Source of the DNA: an uncultured delta proteobacterium
GTDB taxonomy: Bacteria; Desulfobacterota; Syntrophia; Syntrophales; UBA2185
DNA: 64,000 bases
Direction of reading: 5' to 3'
NCBI GenBank assembly: GCA_963729715.1
Contig: CAVSPA010000007.1
Coordinates: 224,001-288,000 of the forward strand
The notes below the pieces were generated by a model. It had not been told where the DNA came from. It worked only from the letters and a program-made list of their open reading frames with translations, and did no database searches. A program made the translations under genes and the position numbers. Shown here piece after piece: positions 6,970 through 16,180 of this stretch (positions within the stretch are counted from its first letter, which is position 1; the number at the start of each line of letters is the position of its first letter).

Positions 6970-8187
6970 TTATCCCTTCACCGCCTTGAACGGTACCACC
7001 ACGGCCCCGGCCTTCAACCCGTCCAGATAATCAGCCCACGTCTGCATCATCTTCCGGCGTTTGGCAAGGTGGGCAGTCCGATTGTAGGCCCGTCCGTTCG
7101 GATCTCTCACAGCATGTGCCAGCTGATGTTCTATGTAGTCCGGCCTCACCTGCAGGACTTCATCAAGAATCGTTCGTGCCATTGCTCGGAATCCGTGCCC
7201 GGTCATGGTGTCCTTGTAGTATCCCATGCGGCGCAGAGCAGCAAGTATTGCGTTATTGGACATTGGCCTTGAAAATGATCGCGCTGAAGGGAATACATAG
7301 CGACCGGCACCTGTGAGGGGTTGCAGCTCTCGGAGAATTTCAACAGCCTGATGTGACAGGGGTACAAGGTGGGGCTCTTTCATTTTCATCTTGTGCGCCG
7401 GAATATTCCAAGCGGCTTCATCAAGGTCAATTTCCGCCCACTCTGCATGTCTCAGTTCCCCGGGACGGACAAAAAGCATCGGCGCAAGACGCAAAGCGCA
7501 CTTCACAACAAAATGCCCCTGGTAACCGTCTATGGCTCTCAGAAGGGGCGCCACTTCTTTGGGATCGGTTATCGCTGCATGGTGTCTTTCATTTGGTTGT
7601 GGCAATGCTCCTCTTAGATCGGCTACCGGGTCACGCTCTGCCCTTCCCGTAGCAACAGCATATCGGAAAATCTGACCAAGCAGGCCTCGCATCCTGTGCG
7701 CCGTTTCCAATGTCCCCCGGCTTTCGATTCGGCGTAAGACTGCCAGTAATTCAGGTGCCTTCAGTTTTTTGATCGGGCGTGTGCCAAGCCATGGGAATAA
7801 ATCTCGTTCCAAAGCACTTAAGAGTTTCTCGGCATATCCTGGCGTCCAGGTGGGAGTAAATTTTGTATGCCATTCACGGGTTATGACTTCGAACGTTTCT
7901 GTTTCCGAGGTCTCTGCCTGTTTCTGGGCCTTGCGGACGGCGCCGGGATCGATGCCGTGGGCTATCTGCCCTCGGGCTTCATCACGTCTTTGCCTGGCAT
8001 CGGCAAGGCTGATTTCAGGATAGGTCCCAAGGGCAAGCAGTTTTTCTTTTCCATCGAAACGATATTTCAGTCTAAAGTATTTCCCTCCCTGTGGAGTAAC
8101 CAAGAGGAAAAGACCGTCACCATCAAATAATTTTTTCTGCTTACCTGACGGCTTAGAAGTACGAATCTTTATGTCGCTCAGTGCCAT
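6970..8187 (-). CDS. int: P4-like tyrosine integrase
   Basis: Arm-binding N-terminus DGDGLFLLV...ALGTYPEISLADAR; VRPGELR, KMK, HGFR, QLAH, RAYN. Confidence 0.96.
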   Translation of the reverse strand: MALSDIKIRTSKPSGKQKKLFDGDGLFLLVTPQGGKYFRLKYRFDGKEKLLALGTYPEISLADARQRRDEARGQIAHGIDPGAVRKAQKQAETSETETFEVITREWHTKFTPTWTPGYAEKLLSALERDLFPWLGTRPIKKLKAPELLAVLRRIESRGTLETAHRMRGLLGQIFRYAVATGRAERDPVADLRGALPQPNERHHAAITDPKEVAPLLRAIDGYQGHFVVKCALRLAPMLFVRPGELRHAEWAEIDLDEAAWNIPAHKMKMKEPHLVPLSHQAVEILRELQPLTGAGRYVFPSARSFSRPMSNNAILAALRRMGYYKDTMTGHGFRAMARTILDEVLQVRPDYIEHQLAHAVRDPNGRAYNRTAHLAKRRKMMQTWADYLDGLKAGAVVVPFKAVKG

Positions 8188-8207
8188 AAAGGATTTCCTC
8201 CATTTTT

Positions 8208-8266
8208 GGGGGTATTTTTTTTATCGTGGGGGTATATTTCACTAAAATGTACCCCCAAATACCCCG
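8208..8266. repeat. putative integrase arm-type sites, tRNA-proximal end
   Basis: GGGGGTAT at 8208 and 8228; inverted GTACCCCC at 8249 and ATACCCC at 8259. Confidence 0.7.
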
Positions 8267-8311
8267 GATTTTGATATACCTTATAGCACGTCCTTGGACA
8301 AATGGCAATAA

Positions 8312-8337
8312 AAAACCCGCTATTTCTAACGGGTTTT
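8312..8337 (-). terminator. island-supplied terminator downstream of the tRNA
   Basis: AAAACCCG-N10-CGGGTTTT followed by a T-run on the minus strand. Confidence 0.55.
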
Positions 8338-8368
8338 CTACTTCCTCGCACTTCCTCGGATTATGTCT

Positions 8369-8444
8369 TGGTGGAGATGAGGGGGATCGAACCCCTGACC
8401 TCGGCATTGCGAACGCCGCGCTCTCCCAGTTGAGCTACATCCCC
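8369..8444 (-). tRNA. tRNA-Ala(CGC)
   Basis: GGGGATGTAGCTCAACTGGGAGAGCGCGGCGTTCGCAATGCCGAGGTCAGGGGTTCGATCCCCCTCATCTCCACCA; 76 nt, anticodon CGC, G3:U70 pair, encoded CCA. Confidence 0.97.
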
Positions 8445-8493
8445 ACTTTCTTTCACAGCCGGTCTCACGTGAGAACCGGTCTGTGTAGGCGAT

Positions 8494-8521
8494 AATATAC
8501 GATGCCGGCGATACCTGTCAA
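8494..8521 (-). promoter_or_regulatory. sigma70-type promoter of tRNA-Ala
   Basis: TTGACA-N16-TATATT on the minus strand. Confidence 0.55.
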
Positions 8522-8548
8522 GCAATAGTTAAGAAAGGGCTTTTCACC

Positions 8549-8577
8549 TTGACAAACATATGGCCTTTTCCTATACT
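8549..8577 (+). promoter_or_regulatory. sigma70-type promoter of the pilT operon
   Basis: TTGACA-N17-TATACT. Confidence 0.7.
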
Positions 8578-8730
8578 CCGATGACGCCGGATTGAAATCC
8601 GCAAACTTTACTAAAGTAAAATTCCATTCTCCCGATACTTCTATAAGATTCCTAAACTCGATCATGAGAAGATCGAAGATGTACCTGCTCTACACGAACT
8701 TATATTTCACGACGACCAAGGAGACTGTTT

Positions 8731-9813
8731 ATGGCAAAGATTGATGCCTTCTTCCAGTTGATGCATGACCAAGGCGCATCAGACCTGCATTTAGTATCAG
8801 GCCAGCAGCCGGTCCTCAGGATAAGAGGTGAGATGGAACGGGTAAAGTTCAACGTGCTTAATAATGATGAACTCAAAGCCATACTCTATGAAATTGCGCC
8901 GGAGCACAAGGTCAAGCAATTTGAGGAAACAGGAGATGTGGATTTCGCATACGAAATTCCCAACCTTGCCAGGTACAGGGCCAATTTCTTCTCGCAGAAA
9001 TTCGGAGTGGCTGCAGTTTTTAGGGAAATCCCCAGCAGGATTATGACATGTCAGGACCTGGGACTGCCGCCGGTGCTTTCGAAACTGGCCACCCTGCCGA
9101 GAGGACTTGTCTTGGTCACGGGTCCGACAGGATGCGGAAAATCAACGACCCTCGCCGCCATCATTGACGAGGCAAACCGCATGCGAAAGGATCATATCAT
9201 CACGATTGAAGATCCCATCGAGTTTGTCCACCACAGTGAGGGCTGCATTATAAATCACAGGGAGGTCGGACTCCATACCAAAAGTTTTTCAGCGGCTCTT
9301 CGCGGAGCGCTACGCGAGGACCCCGATATAATTCTCGTCGGCGAGATGCGGGATCTGGAAACCATATCTCTTGCCGTAGAAGCGGCCAACACGGGGCATC
9401 TCGTTTTTTCCACCCTCCATACCAACAGCGCTGCCAGAACCGTTGACCGGATCATTGAGGTCTTCCCGGCAGAGGAACAGATGCAGATACGGTCCACGCT
9501 GGCGGACGGCATACGAGCGGTTATTTCCCAGGTTCTCTTCAAGCGGACTGACAGGAAGGGGCGCTGTGTCGCCCTGGAGATAATGATCGCCAATTCGGCA
9601 GTTCGCAATCTCATACGGGAATCCAAGTCCTTCCAGATTCCTTCGATGATACAGACGGGCAGAAAGTACGGCATGCAGTTACTCGACAACTCGATCTGGG
9701 AACTTTACAATAGGGGATGGATAGGCGCCGACGATGCTTATATGAAGGCCAACGATAAGACAAGATTCAGGCCTCTCTTGAAAGCGCCGCCGCTTGACTT
9801 TACGGAAGCATGA
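8731..9813 (+). CDS. pilT: type IV pilus retraction ATPase PilT
   Basis: ASDLHL, GPTGCGKSTT, TIEDPIE, LREDPDIILVGEMRD, STLHT, AVRNLIRE. Confidence 0.93.
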   Translation: MAKIDAFFQLMHDQGASDLHLVSGQQPVLRIRGEMERVKFNVLNNDELKAILYEIAPEHKVKQFEETGDVDFAYEIPNLARYRANFFSQKFGVAAVFREIPSRIMTCQDLGLPPVLSKLATLPRGLVLVTGPTGCGKSTTLAAIIDEANRMRKDHIITIEDPIEFVHHSEGCIINHREVGLHTKSFSAALRGALREDPDIILVGEMRDLETISLAVEAANTGHLVFSTLHTNSAARTVDRIIEVFPAEEQMQIRSTLADGIRAVISQVLFKRTDRKGRCVALEIMIANSAVRNLIRESKSFQIPSMIQTGRKYGMQLLDNSIWELYNRGWIGADDAYMKANDKTRFRPLLKAPPLDFTEA

Positions 9814-9874
9814 AAATCGGGTCGCGGTTACAGGTACCGTACCGTGTTAGACTTTATATCCCGAGGAAGAAACC

Positions 9875-11050
9875 ATGAGAAAACAGGAAATAGATTATAT
9901 ACTGACAAAGATGCTGGATTCCCAGAAAAACGTGTCTGACCTGAACATCACCGTAGGCAAGCCATTCCAGGTAGAAACCTCAGGAGTGTTAACCGTAGCG
10001 GAGTTTGACCCTCTTTTTGAAAAACTGACCCCTTTCCAGACGGAAGTCTTTGCCCTGAACCTCATTAATCAGGACCGCCGGCTGACGGAGCTGCTTGTTA
10101 ACGAAGGTTCATGCGATTTGTCTTACGAACTGCCGGGAAAGGCACGCTTCAGGGTAAATGTATTTTCGCAGAAGGGCAATTATTCCGTAGCCCTTCGGAA
10201 ACTGGAATCTAAAATACCCACGTGTAAGGAATTGAATCTGCCTGACGCCTTTTATCAAATGGCCCAGGAGCAGAACGGGATTATCCTCGTAACAGGCGCC
10301 ACGGGAACAGGCAAGACCACATCCCTTGCCGCCGTATTGAATGAGATGAATGAACAGAAATCAATCCATATCATCACTCTTGAAGACCCTGTCGAATACG
10401 CGCATCCTCATAAGATGGCTACCTTTAACCAGAGAGAATTGGGCACGGATTTTGACACCTTTGGGAGCGGACTTCGGGCCGCTCTCAGGCAGGCGCCCAA
10501 GGTGATTCTGGTCGGCGAGATGAGAGACAGGGAGACCGTGGAGATAGCCCTCAGCGCCGCAGAAACAGGACATCTGGTTCTGACTACTCTCCATACGGTT
10601 GACGCAGGACAGACTGTCAATCGCATCCTCGGCATGTTTGCTGCAGAAGAGGAAACCCAGGTGCGCATACGCCTTGCCGACACGGTCCGGTGGATCGTCT
10701 GCCAGCGGCTTCTGCCGCGGGAGGACGGAGGTCGCGTTGCGGCCTTCGAGGTAATGGGCACCAACATGCGCGTCAGGGACACCATTCTGCACGGCGAAGA
10801 AGATGGGAAAACCTTTCACGACATCATCCTGGCCGGCAAAGCCTTCGGCATGGTTACATTCGACGATTACATCGTTGATCTCTATAAACAGGGTTTTATC
10901 AGCGAAGAGACCGCCAAGGCCTATGCGTCCAATAAGGGAGCGGTGGGCCGCGGCATAGATGCTGTAAAGAGTGAAAGGGGACAGAAGACTACAGATATCC
11001 TAGGCAAGCTCGAGGTCGACAAACAATACGGAAAATTCAGGAAACGCTGA
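9875..11050 (+). CDS. pilU: PilT/PilU-family retraction ATPase (PilU-like)
   Basis: GATGTGKTT, TLEDPVE, LRQAPKVILVGEMRD; AIRNLIRE motif replaced by RVRDTILH. Confidence 0.8.
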   Translation: MRKQEIDYILTKMLDSQKNVSDLNITVGKPFQVETSGVLTVAEFDPLFEKLTPFQTEVFALNLINQDRRLTELLVNEGSCDLSYELPGKARFRVNVFSQKGNYSVALRKLESKIPTCKELNLPDAFYQMAQEQNGIILVTGATGTGKTTSLAAVLNEMNEQKSIHIITLEDPVEYAHPHKMATFNQRELGTDFDTFGSGLRAALRQAPKVILVGEMRDRETVEIALSAAETGHLVLTTLHTVDAGQTVNRILGMFAAEEETQVRIRLADTVRWIVCQRLLPREDGGRVAAFEVMGTNMRVRDTILHGEEDGKTFHDIILAGKAFGMVTFDDYIVDLYKQGFISEETAKAYASNKGAVGRGIDAVKSERGQKTTDILGKLEVDKQYGKFRKR

Positions 11051-11070
11051 GAGGAGGCGAATAAAGCGCC

Positions 11071-11586
11071 ATGGAAAAAGATAAGACTTTATTCAATGAA
11101 GAAGAATCATACGAATACGATGCCTCCGACAAACCATTCGATTTCGTGGAAGTGGGAATTGGGACAGCATTGGTCTGCGAATCAGATCCCGCCGCGAGAG
11201 AAAAAATCAGCAGCGCCCTGAGGGCCATGGGTTATCAGATTACGGAACCTGCCTCTATAAAAGAGGCGATCAAAAATATGCGGTTCCACATTTATGATGT
11301 GGTTATATTAAACGAGAATTTTGACACGGAAAACCCCGATACCAATATAGTACTGAATTCCCTCGCCAATCTTAACGTAGGCACGAGAAGACAGATTTTC
11401 GTGGCCCTGCTGAGCAGCAGGTTCCGCACTATGGACAACATGACCGCCTTCAATAAGAGTGTAAATATTATCATCAACATAAAGAACATAGATGATATCG
11501 ATACCATTCTCAAGCGTAGCCTCACCGACAATACAGCCTTTTACCACGTCTTCAAAGAAGCCCTTAAAAAGAAAGGGCGGGTCTGA
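11071..11586 (+). CDS. hypothetical protein with degenerate receiver-like fold
   Basis: ALVCESDPAAREKISSAL..MGYQIT...YDVVILNE resembles a REC domain without the phospho-acceptor Asp; GAGGAGG RBS. Confidence 0.6.
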   Translation: MEKDKTLFNEEESYEYDASDKPFDFVEVGIGTALVCESDPAAREKISSALRAMGYQITEPASIKEAIKNMRFHIYDVVILNENFDTENPDTNIVLNSLANLNVGTRRQIFVALLSSRFRTMDNMTAFNKSVNIIINIKNIDDIDTILKRSLTDNTAFYHVFKEALKKKGRV

Positions 11587-11681
11587 TTTCTTTTCTTACG
11601 ATCCCGCAAGAAATTTCACACCAGTTGAAGATGGACTGTTCTCAAGAAAGTCATGAAGGAGGGTAACTTCTCATGAATTCG

Positions 11682-12629
11682 TCATTTCAGGGATTCGGCC
11701 TGATGGTAAATTTTTTCTGCCTGATCGGAAAGGCCAAGCGCGGCATAGGAATCTGCAAGACGGACATAATAGAATGGATTGCGAGGATCGGCGGCAATCG
11801 CTTTTTTGAAAACCTCGATCGCCAAGCTGTGGTGATTCCCCCGGGCGAGAGTATTCCCAAACCTGTTGTAGTAAGCAGCCGCCGAAGTACGATGAAGATC
11901 GACGGCCTTTTCATAGACGCCGTGAGCGTCGTCAATCTTTCCGCGTTTCACAAGGACATCGCCAAGACCGCAGTGGTACATGGGATCATCAAATCGGAAT
12001 TCGAGACACTTTCTGAAGGCCTTCTCTGCCCGCTCGTCATGCCCCCCACTGCAATATACATTCGCGAGCCTGTTATAGAAAGTGCCTGCCTCTGACGGGT
12101 CAATCTCGACTGCTCTTCCGTATGCTGACTCTGCGCCGTCAAAGTCCCCTGTCTGGACGAGGGCATTTCCGAGACTGCAATATGTTGCTGAAGCATCCGG
12201 TTCCATTTCCGCCATTTTTCTAAACACCCTGACAGACTCGGCGGCCTTGCCCGCCTTGAGATAGGCATCACCAAGATCATTGAGAAGAGCTGTATCATCC
12301 GGTTGAGCCGCCACCGCTCTCTCGCAGATACCAAGAAGACGCTCATAATCCCCTCTTTCCTTAAAGATCCTTACAAGCTCATCGAAGGCGAACCCGGTAA
12401 AAACTTTGCGCTCGAGTTCAACGTTGAGGAGGCATTCAAAGCAGGCGATCGCATCATCGAGTCTTCCGCTGTCATGATAGGCCCAGGCCAATGAAAGAAG
12501 AAAGGAATCTTCACCCGGATGCATTTCAACTAATTTCTGATAAAGCAGGATCGCATCATCGTACCTCTTTGCTTCCACGAATTCATCAGCAAGGTAACGG
12601 AAATAATCCGCCTTCCTTTCCTCAGTCAT
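11682..12629 (-). CDS. tetratricopeptide repeat protein
   Basis: Multiple TPR units (LAWAYHDSGRLDDAIACF, LGDAYLKAG, LGNALVQTGDFDGAESAY). Confidence 0.9.
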   Translation of the reverse strand: MTEERKADYFRYLADEFVEAKRYDDAILLYQKLVEMHPGEDSFLLSLAWAYHDSGRLDDAIACFECLLNVELERKVFTGFAFDELVRIFKERGDYERLLGICERAVAAQPDDTALLNDLGDAYLKAGKAAESVRVFRKMAEMEPDASATYCSLGNALVQTGDFDGAESAYGRAVEIDPSEAGTFYNRLANVYCSGGHDERAEKAFRKCLEFRFDDPMYHCGLGDVLVKRGKIDDAHGVYEKAVDLHRTSAAAYYNRFGNTLARGNHHSLAIEVFKKAIAADPRNPFYYVRLADSYAALGLSDQAEKIYHQAESLK

Positions 12630-12644
12630 AGGCCTCCTGCTATC

Positions 12645-12959
12645 TTAACAACTGCATGACCTTCCACATGAACTGCCGGCATCCAAGCTGGACGTCAGTC
12701 TGAAACCGGATCCTTGCGGTGTGGTCACAAAATCTACTGCAATCGGTTTAGCCAACTCAAGCACTTCTTTGTTGATTATGAAGGTCAACCCGTCTTTCTT
12801 AAACGTTTCATCGCCTTCTTTTGGCTCATCCAGAGCCATGCCCAGGGAGGGCCCCGATCACCCACCCTCATTCATCATGATCCTGATGATATGTTCTTCA
12901 CTCCTATCTTTGAGGAAGTCTTGAATCATCTCGACTGCTTTTTCCGAAACTTCAAACAT
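12645..12959 (-). CDS. HesB/IscA-like selenoprotein (UGA = Sec at codon 34)
   Basis: MFEVSEKAVEMIQDFLKDRSEEHIIRIMMNEGG-U-SGPSLGMALDE...CGRSCSC; in-frame TGA at 12860-12858; GGAG RBS upstream; hairpin TGGCTC-TGGAT-GAGCCA downstream of the UGA. Confidence 0.9.
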
Positions 12960-13178
12960 TGTGTGCTCCTTTCACATTTGCTGCCCTGTTGGCGGCTTAT
13001 TGCGATATAACCTATACACTTAAACCATTTTGTCAAATGATATTTTATATCTTGGAGGCCTGTGATCAATAGGGGGGAAACGCAAATTTATGATTGACAC
13101 GCGGCTGATGCTTGCCTATATACTACTTTGTCATTCCGCCGGTAAAGCAGAATAAAGTATTTTCTATGGAGGTAAGCC

Positions 13179-13772
13179 GTGATGTCTGAATCTTCTCCTT
13201 ACCACGACACATCCTGCCGTTATTTCCATAAGCCAGGAAGGACAAATACGAAGGGAGTCCTTGAAGCCGTCTCGAGGAGGGCCAGGGAGCTTTCCATAGG
13301 AAGGGTACTGATCGCCACGGTGAGCGGACGAACTGCCTTTGAAGCCTTGAAGATTCTTGACAAAGACATCAAGATCATCGCCGTTAGCCATGTCACGGGA
13401 TACGCGAAACCCGACATTCAGGAACTGGACGAAAAGGACAGACGGGAATTGGAATCTCAGGGTGTCAAAGTTCTTACCGGCCAGCACGCTTTCGGCGGAG
13501 TCGGCCGCGGTGTGAGGAACAAGCTTGACACTTATCAGGTAGATGAAATTATGGCCCACACACTTCGCGTATTTGGTCAGGGCGTAAAGGTCGCAATTGA
13601 AGTGACGTTGATGGCCGCAGATGCCGGTCTTGTAAGAACTGACGAAGATGTAATATCCTTGGGAGGAAGCGCTCAAGGTGTCGACGCTGCGCTGCTTCTC
13701 AAACCTGCTAACAGCGCCCGTTTCTTTGATCTGAAAGTGAGGGAAGTGATCTGCAAACCAGCGGTGTTTTGA
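13179..13772 (+). CDS. pyruvate kinase C-terminal (alpha/beta) domain-only protein, MTH1675-like
   Basis: YFHKPGRTNT, ATVSGRTA, VSHVTG, HAFGGV, FGQGVKVAIEVTLMAADAG. Confidence 0.8.
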   Translation: MMSESSPYHDTSCRYFHKPGRTNTKGVLEAVSRRARELSIGRVLIATVSGRTAFEALKILDKDIKIIAVSHVTGYAKPDIQELDEKDRRELESQGVKVLTGQHAFGGVGRGVRNKLDTYQVDEIMAHTLRVFGQGVKVAIEVTLMAADAGLVRTDEDVISLGGSAQGVDAALLLKPANSARFFDLKVREVICKPAVF

Positions 13773-13790
13773 TTTGAAAGGAGAGGAACG

Positions 13791-15485
13791 ATGAAGAAGC
13801 TGCTCGCTGCAATTTTCGGTATGACATTACTGTGGCCTGTCCTGTCTCTGGCCGAAAATTATACAGTCAAAGGAGATATGGGGTCGAGTATCCGCTATGA
13901 ACTTCAGGAACAGGTCACGGCCGGCGGAGGCATCCAGAAGATGGTTCTTAGCTTTGTAGTGCCCCAGAGCTTCCAATCGCCAACATCTCGTCAGGAGATC
14001 AAAGAGTTCGGCCTCGCCTTTTCCCCTGAACCGCAAGACAAGAAGAATACCACCGACGGGCGCGGCAATCAGATCGTCGTGGCAACGTGGATAAGACCTC
14101 CGGATGTCATAGATGTGCGCCTTTTCTGCAACGCTCAAAGTGAGACGAAACTCCCTGCCCTCTCAACGCAGGATCCGTTTCCTCCTGCAGGAGTGAAGCC
14201 GGAACTAATGGCTTATCTTAAACCGACGGAGCAGGTGCAGTCCAATAACCCCCGTATTCGCGAACTCGCGTCGCAACTTACAGCGAATGTCAAGACTGAG
14301 TTTGACGCGGTGCAGCGTGTCATCGCCTGGATAGTGGATCATGTTCATTACGTGACCCCTCCTGCCAGATATGACGCAGTTTATTCGTTGGAATCCGGCA
14401 AGGGTAATTGCCAGAACTTTTCCCATCTGACCGCTGCATTGCTCCGGGCTGTCGGTATACCCGTCCGGATCGTCAATGGTGTCACCTTCAACCAGCCTTT
14501 TGATATCGCATGGCAGAAGGGGACCCTGACCTTCAAAATGGGCCAGGGGCGGCATTCATGGGTTGAGGTCTGGTTTCCGGAGCTCGGCTGGGTGCCTTTT
14601 GACCCCCAAAATACCATGCTCTTCGTGTCTACCCGTTACCTGCGCATAGAGGTCGGTGTCGACAATAATGAAACAAAAAATGATGGGCTTCTCAAGTGGG
14701 CCCAAGTAAAAGATGCGGAGAGGCCCAAACTCCAAGAGAGTATCGCCGGTAATTTCAATAGCGATAAGGTTAATGTGAAGGGAGACCGGCAAACCTATGG
14801 CCCTAAAAACCTCATCCTTTCTCCACTGGTAAAGGCAGAGTTCAAGCAAATCGAAGTGCCCCCGCCCCCGCCGCCTCCTGCTGTAATAACGGATGAGGAG
14901 AAAAAAGGACTTCGGTATGATGTGCCATTTATATACGGCAATTTGGAATTCCCTGAAAACGTGGATTTTGCATTCCCGCGTGTGACAAAAGCCTCAGGGG
15001 TAAATCAATTTGAGATGTCTCGGAACTTCCTCGTGGAGACGGCAGAATATGTAACCACTAACCTCACCCAGTACGCCCAGGTTGTTGTCCTGCGAAAACC
15101 CGTTAGACTCCAGAAGGTCGGTCTGGCACTGCACAAGTTCGGTGGTGACGGCTTGCTCTGGGTTGACATCTTCCATGATGATCAGGGAAAGCCTGGTCAA
15201 CCCATTTCCACAAGCGACTTTGTCAATCTCGATCAGCTCTCTCTTAAACCCGGATATAGATGGGCGGACTTCGATTTCAGCCGGGACAATCCGGTCCTTA
15301 TGCCCGGTTCCTATTGGATCGCCCTCGGTTTTACGGGAAGTCCCATTATCAACTGGTTCTACACATATGGAAAGCCGGTAGGACCTGTCGATGGAACACG
15401 TTACAAGAGCGTGTTCCAGCAAAATTGGAGCGGCGCCCTGAACTATGAATTCAATTACCGGGTGAGTGGTCTCACGGTTAAGTAA
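13791..15485 (+). CDS. secreted transglutaminase-like domain protein
   Basis: Signal peptide; GNCQNFSHL...LRAVGIPVR, HSWVEV, GWVPFDP (Cys-His-Asp triad); poly-Pro linker and C-terminal beta domain. Confidence 0.85.
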   Translation: MKKLLAAIFGMTLLWPVLSLAENYTVKGDMGSSIRYELQEQVTAGGGIQKMVLSFVVPQSFQSPTSRQEIKEFGLAFSPEPQDKKNTTDGRGNQIVVATWIRPPDVIDVRLFCNAQSETKLPALSTQDPFPPAGVKPELMAYLKPTEQVQSNNPRIRELASQLTANVKTEFDAVQRVIAWIVDHVHYVTPPARYDAVYSLESGKGNCQNFSHLTAALLRAVGIPVRIVNGVTFNQPFDIAWQKGTLTFKMGQGRHSWVEVWFPELGWVPFDPQNTMLFVSTRYLRIEVGVDNNETKNDGLLKWAQVKDAERPKLQESIAGNFNSDKVNVKGDRQTYGPKNLILSPLVKAEFKQIEVPPPPPPPAVITDEEKKGLRYDVPFIYGNLEFPENVDFAFPRVTKASGVNQFEMSRNFLVETAEYVTTNLTQYAQVVVLRKPVRLQKVGLALHKFGGDGLLWVDIFHDDQGKPGQPISTSDFVNLDQLSLKPGYRWADFDFSRDNPVLMPGSYWIALGFTGSPIINWFYTYGKPVGPVDGTRYKSVFQQNWSGALNYEFNYRVSGLTVK

Positions 15486-15666
15486 GGGGTCACTTGCACT
15501 GCCGGTTTTCTGAATAAGTTACTGCGACTGCTTTATTAAAACGCAGCGATCAAGAGAGAAAGGAGGTACCAGGTTCAATTAGCAAATGGGTCAATCACGA
15601 GAACTATGAGGTTGTCAGATGGTAAAAGTGGGAGAATCCCAAGACGTAAAAAGGAGAAGGGAAAAA

Positions 15667-16122
15667 ATGAAAAAACTGATAGCGGTAATTTTAGTAGTGG
15701 GCCTCTTGGTAGGAATGACTTCTATTGCACTGGCGTCCAGAGGCACGGCAAAGGAAGCCAAGGGCATGCTGGACAAGGCTGTTGCTTATCTCAAGGCTAA
15801 CGGAAAGGACAAGGCATTTCCTGTTTTTAACGATCAGAAGGGAAAATTTGTTAAAGAGGACCTGTATATCTACGTGCTTGACCAGAACGGCGTCGTCGTG
15901 TCCCACGGCGCGAATGCCGCACTGATCGGAAAGAATCTGATTGATCTTAAGGACTCTGATGGAAAACAGTTTATCAAAGCCATACTCGATGGGGCAAAGG
16001 CAAAGGGCAAGGGAACCATGGACTATAAGTGGACCAATCCGACGAGCAAGAAGGTGGAGGCCAAGTCTATCTTTTTCGAAAAAGTGGGTGACTTGGTCGT
16101 CGCCTGCGGATTTTATAAGTAG
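15667..16122 (+). CDS. stand-alone periplasmic single Cache domain protein
   Basis: Signal peptide; DLYIYVLD, HGAN, GKNLIDLKDSDGK, YKWTNP, ACGFYK. Confidence 0.85.
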   Translation: MKKLIAVILVVGLLVGMTSIALASRGTAKEAKGMLDKAVAYLKANGKDKAFPVFNDQKGKFVKEDLYIYVLDQNGVVVSHGANAALIGKNLIDLKDSDGKQFIKAILDGAKAKGKGTMDYKWTNPTSKKVEAKSIFFEKVGDLVVACGFYK

Positions 16123-16180
16123 GTGCACCGGATATGGTCAGAAGGGCTACCCAGGCCTTTCTGACCATAATGTTTAACAT

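Larger units (their letters stand above)
2588..8392. mobile_element. 5.8-kb integrative element (genomic island) inserted at the 3' end of tRNA-Ala(CGC)
   Basis: 24-bp direct repeat of the tRNA 3' end (2588-2611 and 8369-8392, one mismatch); P4-type integrase next to the tRNA; AlpA gene; AT-rich interior; arm-like repeats at both ends. Confidence 0.93.

Noticed and set aside
2588..8392. Island as a prophage or defence island
   Set aside because: No structural, packaging, primase or recognisable defence genes
8153..8495. Short ORFs overlapping the tRNA
   Set aside because: Spurious translations of tRNA-Ala and the att region
12645..12839. 64-aa ORF in the track as the complete gene
   Set aside because: It is the portion after the Sec codon; the real start is ATG 12959
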